Shown in pieces: positions 1-10,324 of a DNA stretch of 64,000 bases (positions are counted from its first letter, which is position 1; each line of letters starts with the position of its first letter). A program made the translations under genes and the position numbers. Origin of the DNA: Candidatus Woesearchaeota archaeon. Its GTDB lineage: Archaea; Nanobdellota; Nanobdellia; CAYMVK01; CAYYFB01. Below the pieces are notes generated by a model. The model did no database searches. It had not been told where the DNA came from and was given only the letters and a program-made list of their open reading frames with translations. The stretch spans positions 110,798-174,797 of the forward strand of contig CAYYFB010000001.1 of NCBI GenBank assembly GCA_964471255.1, read 5' to 3'.

Positions 1-2
1 CT

Positions 3-254
3 AAGGGAGGGTACATTCTAGGGGCTTTACTTTTTGTAATTATTATAGCAATACTTGCTCTTTGGTTTCCAATAGGTACAACTCTTTGGGTAGCTCCTAC
101 AAACGTTAGCGGCGGTGGAGAAAATGCTACTTCCCAAGTACCACCAACTACTGCTGCAGCTCAGGCTGTAATATTTGATCCAAAAGTTCTCTTTACTATT
201 CTGTTTCTTGGTAGTTTCGTTATAATAGCCTATATAATAGGGAAAGGAAAGTGA
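3..254 (+). CDS. 3' end of a membrane protein (partial, start outside window)
   Basis: Open frame from the window edge to TGA at 252-254. Two hydrophobic helices flank a Thr/Pro/Ala-rich linker. Stop overlaps the GTG start of the next gene (GTGA). Confidence 0.35.
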   Translation, partial: KGGYILGALLFVIIIAILALWFPIGTTLWVAPTNVSGGGENATSQVPPTTAAAQAVIFDPKVLFTILFLGSFVIIAYIIGKGK

Positions 255-2158
255 TCTATGAAAAGCTGGTAAAGTTAACAGGAAGATTAGTAGATTTTTC
301 CAAGTATCTCCCTAAAGAGGAACTTAAAAAAATAGACATTATTGTTAGAGAGTGTAATTTATCTGTAAGTTCTAAAGAAATAATAAACTCCTCTATTTTT
401 TTAGTAATGTCCCTTGTAATTGTTGGAATACTCCTATTCATTTTTACATTCTCTCTCCTTCCTTTTATAACCTTCTTCCTTTTGGCCTTTATTTCCTATT
501 TTTACGTTAGAAACTACCCAAGCATGCTTTATGAAAGAATTAAATTGAGAAAAGGTGGAAGTTTGTTATTAGCAACTTTTTTTATTGTTATTTACTTAAG
601 ATTAAACCCAAATCTTGAAAGAGCATTAGAATTTGCTGCGAATAATCTAAAAGGCCTTCTAGGGAAGGAGCTTAAGAGTTTAGTCTGGAAAATAAGAAGT
701 GGTATTTACTCATCAGCATTAGAAGCGTTGGATGAATATGCAGAAAAATGGAAGAATGATTTTCCTGAGTTCTTAGACGCTGTTCGATTAATAGAAGGCT
801 CCCTTTATGAAACTTCTGAAGTTAGAAGAAGTGAAATGTTAGATAGAGCTATAGAAAGGATGCTAGAAGGCAGTTTAGAAAGGGCAAATAGGTTTGCAAT
901 AAGAATGAAACAACCAGTAAATGCTATATATATGCTGGGGATTATTTTACCGATATTGCTTACAGTTCTTACTCCCATGTTTTCAGTATTTGCTGGAGAG
1001 CTTTTTGATGTAAATCTTTTATTTGTTCTTTACAACATTCTTCTTCCATTCATAGTTTTCCTCCTAGCTCAAAAAATCCTTGCTAAGAGACCTATTTTTT
1101 TCTCCAGAAGAATCGAAAGTCACCCACTTTGGCCTAAGGAAGGAAAAATCAGGATTTTTAATAAGGAAGTATCTCTCCATCTTATTTTGCTTCTCACATT
1201 CCTACTTTCTTACCTCCCAATAGCCCTAATTACTACCTTCTTCTTCAAAGGCGAATTATCTACTTTCCCACTATATCTATCCTTCGTTTCTATCTTCCTT
1301 TTTTCTTCGCTATCTTCTTTTTTCTTCTGGAAATATTACAAAGAGAGAAGTAAGGAAATAAAAGAAATTGAAGAGGCCGAAAGAAGTTTCTCTGATATAT
1401 GTTTCCAAATAGGAAACAGATTGACTGAAGGTCTTTCTCCCGAAGCCAGTATTCTCAAAGTAAGCGCGTCTGGAGGAGGAAAGAATAAATTCTTGCAAAG
1501 CATAGCAGAAAAAATAGAGAGAATGGGTTTAGATTTAGAAACAGCATGTTTTCATCCCATTTATGGGGCACTAAGATATTTTAGATCGGATATTCTGTCA
1601 TCGGGAATGAAAATCCTAATAGAAGGGATAAAGAAAAGTTTTAGAGAAGCTGCTATAGCTATGATCAACTTCTCCAGGCATCTTAACAATATGAAGAGAG
1701 TAGAACTAAAAATAGAGGACTTACTCGGAGATACTGTATCAAGCATGAAATTTAACATTATGTTTATAATGCCTCTTCTTTTGGGGATCGTTATAGGATT
1801 AACAGCCCTTATATGTGTTGTTTTATGGAATATTAGAGAACAGGTAACTACAATATTTGAAGGGGTTACTGGAGCGGAACCTGCTTTTGGAGGGGCTTTT
1901 CTCTTCGGTTTTTTAAAAATATATGAGGTTTTTCCTCTAGCATTTTTTCAACTAATAATAGGCACTTATCTTCTCCAGGTAGTTTTCATTTGTGCCTACA
2001 TTATCAACGAAATTCTTCATGGTGGTTCTTTTTACCAATTCTGTAAAGAGATAAGCACCATGCTACTCATTTCGGGATTAGTTTACAGCCTGGTCGGCTT
2101 ATTCTCAGCCTTTGGGTTTGTAGGAATAGGTAAGTTTGCTCTCCAGTTAGTGGGATAA
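251..2158 (+). CDS. FlaJ/TadC-like polytopic membrane protein with two T2SS-F-like domains (archaeal type IV filament platform protein)
   Basis: 635 aa. Two repeats of a cytoplasmic helical domain followed by TM helices (around 'RAIERMLEGSLERANRFAIRMKQPVNAIYMLGIILPIL' and 'ILIEGIKKSFREAAIAMINFSRHLNN..IMFIMPLLLGIVIGL'), as in FlaJ/TadC. Confidence 0.55.
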   Translation: MIYEKLVKLTGRLVDFSKYLPKEELKKIDIIVRECNLSVSSKEIINSSIFLVMSLVIVGILLFIFTFSLLPFITFFLLAFISYFYVRNYPSMLYERIKLRKGGSLLLATFFIVIYLRLNPNLERALEFAANNLKGLLGKELKSLVWKIRSGIYSSALEALDEYAEKWKNDFPEFLDAVRLIEGSLYETSEVRRSEMLDRAIERMLEGSLERANRFAIRMKQPVNAIYMLGIILPILLTVLTPMFSVFAGELFDVNLLFVLYNILLPFIVFLLAQKILAKRPIFFSRRIESHPLWPKEGKIRIFNKEVSLHLILLLTFLLSYLPIALITTFFFKGELSTFPLYLSFVSIFLFSSLSSFFFWKYYKERSKEIKEIEEAERSFSDICFQIGNRLTEGLSPEASILKVSASGGGKNKFLQSIAEKIERMGLDLETACFHPIYGALRYFRSDILSSGMKILIEGIKKSFREAAIAMINFSRHLNNMKRVELKIEDLLGDTVSSMKFNIMFIMPLLLGIVIGLTALICVVLWNIREQVTTIFEGVTGAEPAFGGAFLFGFLKIYEVFPLAFFQLIIGTYLLQVVFICAYIINEILHGGSFYQFCKEISTMLLISGLVYSLVGLFSAFGFVGIGKFALQLVG

Positions 2159-2610
2159 TGAGAGGAAGAATTTTTTCCTCAGTAATTATTTTCATCGGGG
2201 TAAGCTTGCTTATTTTCTCTTTCCTAGCAATATTCAAGAGCTTATTTTATATTGCTGAAATGAAAAAAGGATGTAACTACGATTGTGTATGTGAAGAAGG
2301 AGAAAAGGAAGCTGATTGTCCAGATTGTAGTTACAATTTTTCCGACAAAAACTGTCCAGAGGAAGAAGCAAAATATATAGGAAAACATTTGTGTAGCCAT
2401 ACTTACTGCGGGGAGCTTTGTTCCGAGATATGCACGGAAATATCCGAAAAAGGAAGGTACCTTCCAAAGACTAAAGATGAGGTAGATGAACTAATTAACA
2501 AATTTATTGAATCCAATTGCTCATTTATCATCGACCCCTGCGAGTACTTCAATTGCAGTACTACCCCTTGCATAAAATGTCAAATAACAAATGGAAAAGT
2601 GGTTTGTTAG
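2158..2610 (+). CDS. small Cys-rich secreted/anchored protein (possible class-III signal peptide MRG|RIF..)
   Basis: N-terminal basic residue then a hydrophobic helix, followed by a soluble domain with >20 Cys. Start overlaps the upstream stop. Confidence 0.45.
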   Translation: MRGRIFSSVIIFIGVSLLIFSFLAIFKSLFYIAEMKKGCNYDCVCEEGEKEADCPDCSYNFSDKNCPEEEAKYIGKHLCSHTYCGELCSEICTEISEKGRYLPKTKDEVDELINKFIESNCSFIIDPCEYFNCSTTPCIKCQITNGKVVC

Positions 2611-2622
2611 CTAATGTAAAAT

Positions 2623-2760
2623 ATGGAGAGAAAAACCCTTTGGACTATTATTGAAGTAATTGGAGTGATAGGACTTTTAATAGTTGTCTTCTTCTTTTTT
2701 TCTAGAATGTCACCAAAGTTTTTTATACAAAAGCTAACAATGTGGTGGTTGGGAGAATGA
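2623..2760 (+). CDS. micro-ORF encoding a 45-aa single-TM peptide
   Basis: Translates as MERKTLWTIIEVIGVIGLLIVVFFFFSRM... ATGA overlap with the probable ATG (2757) of the next gene. Below the ORF-track size cutoff. Confidence 0.25.
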   Translation: MERKTLWTIIEVIGVIGLLIVVFFFFSRMSPKFFIQKLTMWWLGE

Positions 2761-4109
2761 ATGTTTATCTGCTTGTAATAACCGCTATCGGGGTAGCAGC
2801 ATTGTTGATTTTGCTCCTTGTTTGGAAACCAATTTCAAAAGTGATGATCGAAACTGGTGCTTTTGTCTATCTTTCGCTTGAAGGGGCAAAGAGAGGCCTA
2901 GAGACCCTAGTAACTATGGCGATAAATTTCCTGAATACAGCCATGCTAGCGTATGGGATATATGCAGGAATTATTATAGCTTACACTGCTGCCAAAGCTT
3001 CCAAGTTTGGCCCCTGGGGAACGGTTATAGCTACGGTATTGTGCTCAATGCTTCTTGGGGGTTTTTACTTTGGAGTTATAGCCCCAGTAAAGGAAGAACT
3101 TCTCCATAAGTTTCTTTCTTTTTTTGAAAAGTTAGAGGAGATTGTAAATCCGTTACAGTATTGGCCATATCACCATGTCCACATTCTGTTCCCGACTGAA
3201 GAGGAAAAATTTAAAAGTTACATTAGATCAATTTTTATATCTTACTTTTTCTCCAAAAAATATTTCCCAAAGGGCCTGGTAGCTCATTTTACGATAGAAA
3301 ATGCCACATGCGGGGAGGTTAAAGCATTAATTAATGAAACTTTTATTAAAACGATTTATGACCAAGGCTTTCTTATAATACTTGATGATTGCACATCTCC
3401 ACAGCGGGTAAATCTATCTATAAAAGTAAAATCCACTAACTATATAGGAAATTTGGAAGTAACAGACACTAAAGCCATTAACACTGCAAAAAGAGAATAC
3501 AAGCAATCCTATGGAGAGGAACCCAGCTCTATTAAATGCTATGCTACAACTCTCTTAAATAAGATCGTGTTTGGAGAGAGTAATGTTACTGATTTAAGTA
3601 ACCAGCTCTCGCTTCCGGTTCAAAAGGAAACCCCTATTGAAATAATCGGAATTTTTTGTGAGGGGGAAGATTCTCAAGGAAATACAAGATTTGTAGCGAT
3701 AAATAAACCTGTAATATGCAATACTGAAACTTGCGATCATATTATGAATTCCATCATGGGCCTGCATCCTCTATTACGTGGTTATTTAACAATATCTGTA
3801 GCTCCCTGCCTTATCGATTGTATACCACTCCCTGCCTTGAAGTATGATTTGTACCAACAACTGGAAGCATCTGGAGCTCTGGGTTACAAAGAATTTAACT
3901 TTGAAACAACCCAGAACAATATCAGGAGGGAATATTATATAAAAATCCTCCAAAACATCTCTCTAGATGGAAAGGTTTATCATGTACTCCTACCGGACCA
4001 CCTAAATAGAACTATTCACTTACATGCCCAAAATACAAAGTACGTTATATTGCTTAACTATTTTCAAACGAAAAGGAGAATTTTGATAATTGAAATAAAA
4101 GAAATATGA
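2742..4109 (+). CDS. hypothetical membrane-anchored protein (N-terminal TM helices, Cys-containing ectodomain)
   Basis: 455-aa ORF. Real start probably the ATG at 2757 (MNVYLLVITAIGVAALLILLLVW). Operonic with its neighbours. Confidence 0.5.
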   Translation: MVVGRMNVYLLVITAIGVAALLILLLVWKPISKVMIETGAFVYLSLEGAKRGLETLVTMAINFLNTAMLAYGIYAGIIIAYTAAKASKFGPWGTVIATVLCSMLLGGFYFGVIAPVKEELLHKFLSFFEKLEEIVNPLQYWPYHHVHILFPTEEEKFKSYIRSIFISYFFSKKYFPKGLVAHFTIENATCGEVKALINETFIKTIYDQGFLIILDDCTSPQRVNLSIKVKSTNYIGNLEVTDTKAINTAKREYKQSYGEEPSSIKCYATTLLNKIVFGESNVTDLSNQLSLPVQKETPIEIIGIFCEGEDSQGNTRFVAINKPVICNTETCDHIMNSIMGLHPLLRGYLTISVAPCLIDCIPLPALKYDLYQQLEASGALGYKEFNFETTQNNIRREYYIKILQNISLDGKVYHVLLPDHLNRTIHLHAQNTKYVILLNYFQTKRRILIIEIKEI

Positions 4110-5626
4110 AAGTTTTGGAAGATGTAGTCCTATTTATTGTTATCAGCATTATTTTTGGAGCTCTTATAGCAATCTTATTTAATGTGGCTTTCAGAGCTGC
4201 TGCAGGTAGGAGGATTAAAGAGACCACAAATTTTATAGTATTAACTATTAGAGGATGGCTTGCTTCTGCAGTAAGTTGGCTTTATCAATGGGCCTATGTA
4301 ATTGCAAATATCGCCGACTATATCTATGATACCGCCCTTGGTTGGGGGAAAGGAAAAGCCGCTACTTCGGCAGCAGAAGAAATAGCGGAAAAAGAAGCCG
4401 AAGAGATAAGCGAGGAACTCTTTGCTACAACAAAAAGATGGGCTACTAGGCATTATTCACAACTTTTAAGCAAAGAATTAGATGAGCCTATTAAAAAATT
4501 AAGTGATGATATTGTAGAAACAATCTCAACAAAGGCCACCATAAGTGGAGAGATAGCAGAAAAGATAGGCGGGGAAGTTAAAGATGCTGTAAGGAAAACT
4601 GCCGACGAGATCAGCGAAGAGGCAATGACTCATGCTTTGGCTTGTGTTGAAGCTGAACTCCCTCCTACAATGAGATTCCTCCCTGGAGAGTATATAGGCT
4701 CAATTGTTTATGGTTATTTAAGGCAAAGCATCCCATTCTACATAAAGAAGGCTTTACTAGAGAAACATACTCGTAGACTTGTTTTCAGGTATATTCTTTA
4801 CTTCTATCTCTCCAAACTTGTTACAGACACTTTAAGAAGAACATCGATAATGCTAGCTGGAGGAGAAGTTCCCTTCTTAGGATACGCATTCGAAACAGGC
4901 CTCTTAATTTCTGGCCTTTTCTTGGGAAACCCGTTCTCAACTTTAGTTGATATAATGTTCCCTAAGATATTCTCTGTTCTCGATCATTTTTATTCACCAA
5001 TTTTTGTCATTATTCCTGAGGAAGCTAATCTTACACTTTCCTATTCAGATTATATATTAAAATGCTGGAACATGTATGGGAAGGGAAAAAAGGATATCAA
5101 TTACTTTAGAAATAACCCATTTTTATGTTATTACGGATTTTACGCTGGCAGACAAAAAATTTCTCTTAAAGATGTTATGGATTTCATCTGCAAAGTAAAA
5201 AATGAAACACCCAGAGTAGAGTTTTGTGTTAGGGAGTGCAATGCTGATCTAAGCTCATGCAGTGATTGGTCCTGTACTACAGTTGATTGCAAAAGCTATG
5301 CAGGCATAGATATGGATCTAAGCGGGCATAATGTAACTTTTAAATGGGTAGATAAAGAATTAGATCCTAGTAATCCGACCATTTTAAAGAGGTGGTTATA
5401 TACTAACCTTTTCTATGTTTCTTTTGCAGAATGCATTGAATGGGAGCCTTCCACAATATTTGCTTTGGAAACTGATTTCCATCCCACGGAAGTTCTTGGT
5501 AATATCCCAGCTGCCCTTTTAACAGGATTTGCTTTTCCCAAAGCCTATTGCTCTGAAAAGGATAAAATTATATTTTCAGTAACAAAACTCGAAGTTAACA
5601 TCTTTATTATCAATGTAACACATTAG
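4106..5626 (+). CDS. hypothetical membrane-anchored protein with acidic coiled region and Cys-rich C-terminal domain
   Basis: 506-aa ORF. N-terminal TM. Start overlaps the upstream stop (ATGA). Confidence 0.5.
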   Translation: MKVLEDVVLFIVISIIFGALIAILFNVAFRAAAGRRIKETTNFIVLTIRGWLASAVSWLYQWAYVIANIADYIYDTALGWGKGKAATSAAEEIAEKEAEEISEELFATTKRWATRHYSQLLSKELDEPIKKLSDDIVETISTKATISGEIAEKIGGEVKDAVRKTADEISEEAMTHALACVEAELPPTMRFLPGEYIGSIVYGYLRQSIPFYIKKALLEKHTRRLVFRYILYFYLSKLVTDTLRRTSIMLAGGEVPFLGYAFETGLLISGLFLGNPFSTLVDIMFPKIFSVLDHFYSPIFVIIPEEANLTLSYSDYILKCWNMYGKGKKDINYFRNNPFLCYYGFYAGRQKISLKDVMDFICKVKNETPRVEFCVRECNADLSSCSDWSCTTVDCKSYAGIDMDLSGHNVTFKWVDKELDPSNPTILKRWLYTNLFYVSFAECIEWEPSTIFALETDFHPTEVLGNIPAALLTGFAFPKAYCSEKDKIIFSVTKLEVNIFIINVTH

Positions 5627-5630
5627 AAAC

Positions 5631-5771
5631 ATGGAAACCCAAGTTCTTGTTTTTATTGTGATAGTTGTCCTTTCAGTCTCCGCTTTAGTTCTCTATCTTT
5701 TTGTCCTAAAGGGTGTTAGAATCCAAGGAACTAAATTAGTTAGCCTATTAGAAGGCATCTTCACTCAATAA
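5631..5771 (+). CDS. micro-ORF, 46-aa single-TM peptide
   Basis: Translates as METQVLVFIVIVVLSVSALVLYLFVLKG... Lies inside the operon between larger genes. Confidence 0.25.
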   Translation: METQVLVFIVIVVLSVSALVLYLFVLKGVRIQGTKLVSLLEGIFTQ

Positions 5772-5773
5772 AT

Positions 5774-5902
5774 ATGGGTATTAGGTTTGTCATTGGGATT
5801 GTGCTGGCAGCCCTTCTTATTGCTATAGGGCTCTATGTAATCAATATAGCTTTAAGGAAAGCTAAGGAAGTAGAAAAGAGAATTGAAGCTGAGACAGGAT
5901 GA
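5774..5902 (+). CDS. micro-ORF, 42-aa single-TM peptide
   Basis: Translates as MGIRFVIGIVLAALLIAIGLYVINIALRKAKEVEKRIEAETG. Stop overlaps the ATG at 5899 (ATGA). Confidence 0.25.
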   Translation: MGIRFVIGIVLAALLIAIGLYVINIALRKAKEVEKRIEAETG

Positions 5903-6567
5903 GAGGGATATTAGAAACAGTATTAAATATTATCTTTATTTTACTACTATCTGCTATAGGTTTTGTTAAGATTGCTGGATTAGTTGGCCAAATTTCAAAG
6001 GCAAAAGAAAGAGTAAAACTTATGAGTGTAACATTGGCTTTGGATAGAGGAGATGAATTAATAGAAATCCCCAAGAACACAATCATTCTGTTTATTAATA
6101 TAACCGAGAAAAATAGCACAGAAATTATAAAGTCTATAAATAGAGCATGTGGTGTAAATAACTATTGTATTTGCTCTCTAAGATTTGAAGATATTTCAAT
6201 AGATCCTACAAAAGGATCTTCAACTCTTATGTTTAGGACCAAATATTCTTTAGATGGCCAACCTTTCTACATTGAGTATCCTATGGATAATGACCCTTTT
6301 TTCTCTTGGGAAACATTTCCTTTTATTTTAACAAAGGAAGATGAACTAGTAATTGCAAATCCGCTCACATTCGACCTTTTAAATCTCAATAGTATGTTTT
6401 ACTGTAAAAGGACCGAAAAGAAATTTAAATTATTCGGAGGGGATTACATACGAGGAATAGCCAATTTAAAGGAGAATAATGTCTTACTTGTGCTCAATAA
6501 AACAGAAAGTGGTAATCTTGTACAGCTCTTTGTAATAGAAAGAAGAGGGGTGCCTGGAGAGGCATGA
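5899..6567 (+). CDS. pilin-like protein (class-III signal MRG|ILETV..)
   Basis: 222 aa. Basic residue plus Gly, then a ~20-residue hydrophobic segment, then a soluble domain. Confidence 0.45.
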   Translation: MRGILETVLNIIFILLLSAIGFVKIAGLVGQISKAKERVKLMSVTLALDRGDELIEIPKNTIILFINITEKNSTEIIKSINRACGVNNYCICSLRFEDISIDPTKGSSTLMFRTKYSLDGQPFYIEYPMDNDPFFSWETFPFILTKEDELVIANPLTFDLLNLNSMFYCKRTEKKFKLFGGDYIRGIANLKENNVLLVLNKTESGNLVQLFVIERRGVPGEA

Positions 6568-6689
6568 CAATAAAATTCTTAATCTCAATTCTTCTTGGAA
6601 TTGTTATACTTTCGATTTGCATTCACTTACTTATTTCTATAGGGTTAAAAGGGATTGGTTTACTAAAAGAATTGGGAAGTGAAGGATGA
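6564..6689 (+). CDS. micro-ORF, 41-aa single-TM peptide
   Basis: Translates as MTIKFLISILLGIVILSICIHLLISIGLKG... ATGA overlaps at both ends. Confidence 0.25.
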   Translation: MTIKFLISILLGIVILSICIHLLISIGLKGIGLLKELGSEG

Positions 6690-7312
6690 TTTCCGAAGTC
6701 TTTGGAACTATAATGGAGACCATACTTGCCTCATTAACTCTTATTGGGCTAATCAGTGTTGGGGTCTTTTTTCTTCTTCCAAAGAAAATGGGGGAAATCA
6801 ACCCCCTATACAAATGTATTGCTGAATCTGCAGATTCTTATTTTGCATCTTCTGACTATAAAAGTATATCAAGCCTCTCTCCCGGTGAGCTTGTTGTTAT
6901 TATTAGAAAAGGGGAGCTCCTTGACAATGATGCCTATAATATTTTAATAGATATTGGTATAACGCCCTTCCAGCTAGCTTCCTGTATGGAAGAAGGGTGC
7001 GTCCTGAGATTTATAATCAATAACAAGAGGGCATATTCGTGCCTCTTTTCTTATGCGTACCTACAAAGAAGTTATAAAGGGACTTTTAGGACTAAAACAG
7101 TAGGTTTCTTTAACTCTACTGACTTTTTAGAATGTTTTTCTACATATCTCCCTTTAGTCACCGAAATAAAAATCTGTCCCTCTCCAGATTGTCCATACAC
7201 ACCCACGAATCCTTTAAGACTGGAAGGAAAGAAATTAGTAGGAATTTTCTCAAATTCAACGCTCCAACTTGAATTTAAAAGATATATAACTGGAGAGGTG
7301 ACAATAAAATGA
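6686..7312 (+). CDS. hypothetical N-terminally anchored protein
   Basis: 208 aa. N-terminal TM. Cys-containing. Translationally coupled to neighbours. Confidence 0.45.
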   Translation: MISEVFGTIMETILASLTLIGLISVGVFFLLPKKMGEINPLYKCIAESADSYFASSDYKSISSLSPGELVVIIRKGELLDNDAYNILIDIGITPFQLASCMEEGCVLRFIINNKRAYSCLFSYAYLQRSYKGTFRTKTVGFFNSTDFLECFSTYLPLVTEIKICPSPDCPYTPTNPLRLEGKKLVGIFSNSTLQLEFKRYITGEVTIK

Positions 7313-8052
7313 AAATAATTCCAATCATAATTGTAATCTTTGCTGCTTTATTGTTATTCTCCCTTTTCACGTTTAAAATAACCAAAATATTGGCTATTTT
7401 GACAATAAATATAAACAAAATGACATTAAGAGACACCATCTCCCTTATGAACACATATTCTGCATTCTCACTAGCAGATTTCTCCTTCTTTGGAGAATGG
7501 GAATCTCCCTATAGTAATGAATTAAGTGCTAGTGTAGATACACTGGAAATAAACTATACTGTAGGGCAGTCCAATATAACGACGGATTTGATGGTAACTC
7601 ATACTCTTTTCGCTCAGCCTTCTGGATGGCCAGGTTTTGAGGTAAAAATACCAAAAAAAGGAATTTCAGGTACAGGTTTTGGAAGTGATCTTTGGAAAGC
7701 TCGTCCTTATATGTTTAAAAAAGCTCCTCTTCTGAAAGGAGGAGCTATTAAAAGGGTAGAATTAGGATCGCCTGGCTCGAATAAAGTGATAGAGTATTTT
7801 TTCTTAGTATGTCTTAGAGGTTGGTCATACCGAGAACTACCTTTTGGAAGTAAGATTCAGATCTCCAAAATTTCCGACAACATTCTGGAAGTAAATGACG
7901 TTCCTTACCCTGTAGGTGAAAGCGGGTGTTTGGTGGGGAGTGTCAACAAATGTTCTCGAGAGAGAATAACAAATCAAATAATTTATAGAACACATACAGA
8001 ATTGATTGGAAATAAAGAGATTACTTTTATTGATATAGAGTGCAAATCATGA
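7309..8052 (+). CDS. hypothetical N-terminally anchored protein
   Basis: 247 aa. N-terminal signal/TM MKIIPIIIVIFAALLLFSLF. Confidence 0.45.
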   Translation: MKIIPIIIVIFAALLLFSLFTFKITKILAILTININKMTLRDTISLMNTYSAFSLADFSFFGEWESPYSNELSASVDTLEINYTVGQSNITTDLMVTHTLFAQPSGWPGFEVKIPKKGISGTGFGSDLWKARPYMFKKAPLLKGGAIKRVELGSPGSNKVIEYFFLVCLRGWSYRELPFGSKIQISKISDNILEVNDVPYPVGESGCLVGSVNKCSRERITNQIIYRTHTELIGNKEITFIDIECKS

Positions 8053-8789
8053 AAGCAGGCATACCTGTTTCTCAAATACTCCTTCTCTTGATTTTTGTCT
8101 CTGCTATTTCAATCATGATGCTCATCCCTATTAAATTTCTCTTCACAAAGGGAATCAAATTCAGAACGAAACTCTCAACAGAAACAGCTGGAGATCTTGT
8201 CCTACTTTCCATTCTTATGGATCCAAAGGGTTGGGTAATTTCTGAAGAGAGTTTTGGAAAGCTTTTCAATGCAAGAGTTTATCATGGCATTCTCGATTTA
8301 AAAAAAGTCATTGCAGATTGCTGGTACTATAATTCAAGTACTAACGCTATTAGCTGCTCTTGGGGGAAAGCAAATTATTTTTATATTTCTCCTACAGGAG
8401 ATAAAGTTATTTACCCTTTTATCGTAGGCGGAAAGATAACAAATGTCACTCTTAATCTCAGTGAAGAACTTCAAGAAATAACAAATGACGGCAACGGTTT
8501 TATTGCAAGGATACTCCCTTATAACGAGAGCATAGAGAACACAGGCACCTGTTTTGAAATTTTTTTATATGATCTTTCTCTAGTAAGATATTACATGATT
8601 AACAGCATCTCTCCAATTTCTCCAGAGGAGTTTATTATAGCCAATTTTACTTGGTTAAGAGGAACTGGAAATGTTTCAGACCTTTGTAAAATCCCGAAAT
8701 ATAAAAGAACCGTGGTGATCGCCGCTACGGATGGTAAAGGCCATTATTTGCTTTCCCTATTAGGTGTCAATGCGTATGCTAAAGAATAA
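8040..8789 (+). CDS. pilin-like protein (possible class-III signal MKAG|IPVSQILLLLIFV)
   Basis: 249 aa. N-terminal hydrophobic segment after KAG. Soluble domain with N-glycosylation-like sequons. Confidence 0.4.
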   Translation: MQIMKAGIPVSQILLLLIFVSAISIMMLIPIKFLFTKGIKFRTKLSTETAGDLVLLSILMDPKGWVISEESFGKLFNARVYHGILDLKKVIADCWYYNSSTNAISCSWGKANYFYISPTGDKVIYPFIVGGKITNVTLNLSEELQEITNDGNGFIARILPYNESIENTGTCFEIFLYDLSLVRYYMINSISPISPEEFIIANFTWLRGTGNVSDLCKIPKYKRTVVIAATDGKGHYLLSLLGVNAYAKE

Positions 8790-9231
8790 GAGGGGTGTGC
8801 TTACTTTTTTTGATCCTATCTTAATATCCTTTATCATCCTTATCTATGGAATTGGAATATATTTCGCACTTAAAGAGGAAATGAAAGCAGTAATAGTAAC
8901 AAGATACGAATTATCAAGAGAAATTCAAGAAATGTCTATAAGAAGCGTATCTCAAATTGATTATATACGCCCAATCTCTCTGAAGGATGAAGAACATATA
9001 ATCGAAAAGATATTTAAACTTAATTATACAACATACCCCGAAAGTTTTCTTGAAAGATATTATAAAGAATTATCCGACGTTAGAAGGATGTGTAATACGC
9101 CTCTTTACTCATCTAGACCTTTTTGTCAATACCTTAACTCTTTCATCTCTTCTGGTGTGCAGAAAGGGTATTCTCAAGGCAAATGCGTTCCTCAATATGG
9201 TGCATTTAAAGGAGTTATTTGTTTGAAATAA
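8764..9231 (+). CDS. pilin-like protein (KNKRG|VLTFFDPILISFIILIY)
   Basis: 155 aa. Charged n-region, then Gly, then a hydrophobic helix, typical of a class-III signal peptide. Confidence 0.4.
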   Translation: MSMRMLKNKRGVLTFFDPILISFIILIYGIGIYFALKEEMKAVIVTRYELSREIQEMSIRSVSQIDYIRPISLKDEEHIIEKIFKLNYTTYPESFLERYYKELSDVRRMCNTPLYSSRPFCQYLNSFISSGVQKGYSQGKCVPQYGAFKGVICLK

Positions 9232-9232
9232 T

Positions 9233-10324
9233 GTGAGAGGTATTGTCGTCTCAATTATCATTGGAATACTCGCCTTCCTGATTTTAGTAATAACCTTCCT
9301 GACCGCCAAACATCGTGCTAAGGTCACCATTTCTGCTGAGAAGGGGCCATATGTTGATGTTGTAAAAATTTCTACTCTAGAAGACTATTATAGAAACCCC
9401 TTAGACCAAGAAAGAAGCTATGCTCTGGAACGAGCCTTATACTATGTTGGTTCATTCGGTGGCTGGTATAATACTTCTGGAGCGGTTCCAAATCTTACTA
9501 ATCCTTGGTCCTTTCTCCCGGAACCCCTTCTATTTATATGGAGAAAAAAAGGAACTTTATTTATTCCATCTCTAAAGAATGTTTCCCACTCCATGGAGAC
9601 TTTTCTACTAGGATACTATAGCTACGCTAACCTAAAGAGGATGGATCCTAGCGTATACATGCAGATCTACCCTATAACACTTATCCGACCCGAACTCTTA
9701 GAAATATATCCAAAAGTCAACCTAGGAAATGAAACAAAGGTCGTTTGGCTAGGAAGAAGCTTACGTCTTAAGGCGAGAATAGGGGAAAGTTATGGTTATG
9801 TAGAATTTTATCCTATGATAACAGCAAGATCCAGAGCATCAGTAATAGCTCTTTATAATTTTGGATCAAATCTTACGAAAGATATTTCTCCTTTTCAACA
9901 GAGATTCGAAAGCAGTCTTGAAGAGCTGGGTGGGGTTAATGTGCTTGTGCCATTACTTATTCATAACAAAGGAGATTATGTAGAAAAAAAACCAAAATAT
10001 GACTGGATGACTGCCCTTATGGTATACAATCAGAAATTCCTTAGAGAAGAACTAGGAATACAGGACATCTATTCTTTTTTGGATTCTATAGGATGCAGTA
10101 GTGAGTTTCATGGTCAGAAGTATTATAGATGTAACTCCTCAGAGATTCCGGCCTGTGATGAGAGCAAGTGCAAAGAAATCGCGTGGAAAGTACTGAAATA
10201 TCTCTATTACAGGGCTTTTGATGAATCATCCTATTCATTTTCTTCACCAAGCGAAAATAGGTTCTTTAGAACAATTCCTATCGAGTTAAACACTACAGTT
10301 AAAGTATGGAAAGAGGTACCCTAA
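9233..10324 (+). CDS. pilin-like protein (MRG|IVVSIIIGILAFLILV) with large ectodomain
   Basis: 363 aa. Class-III-like N-terminus. Confidence 0.45.
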   Translation: MRGIVVSIIIGILAFLILVITFLTAKHRAKVTISAEKGPYVDVVKISTLEDYYRNPLDQERSYALERALYYVGSFGGWYNTSGAVPNLTNPWSFLPEPLLFIWRKKGTLFIPSLKNVSHSMETFLLGYYSYANLKRMDPSVYMQIYPITLIRPELLEIYPKVNLGNETKVVWLGRSLRLKARIGESYGYVEFYPMITARSRASVIALYNFGSNLTKDISPFQQRFESSLEELGGVNVLVPLLIHNKGDYVEKKPKYDWMTALMVYNQKFLREELGIQDIYSFLDSIGCSSEFHGQKYYRCNSSEIPACDESKCKEIAWKVLKYLYYRAFDESSYSFSSPSENRFFRTIPIELNTTVKVWKEVP

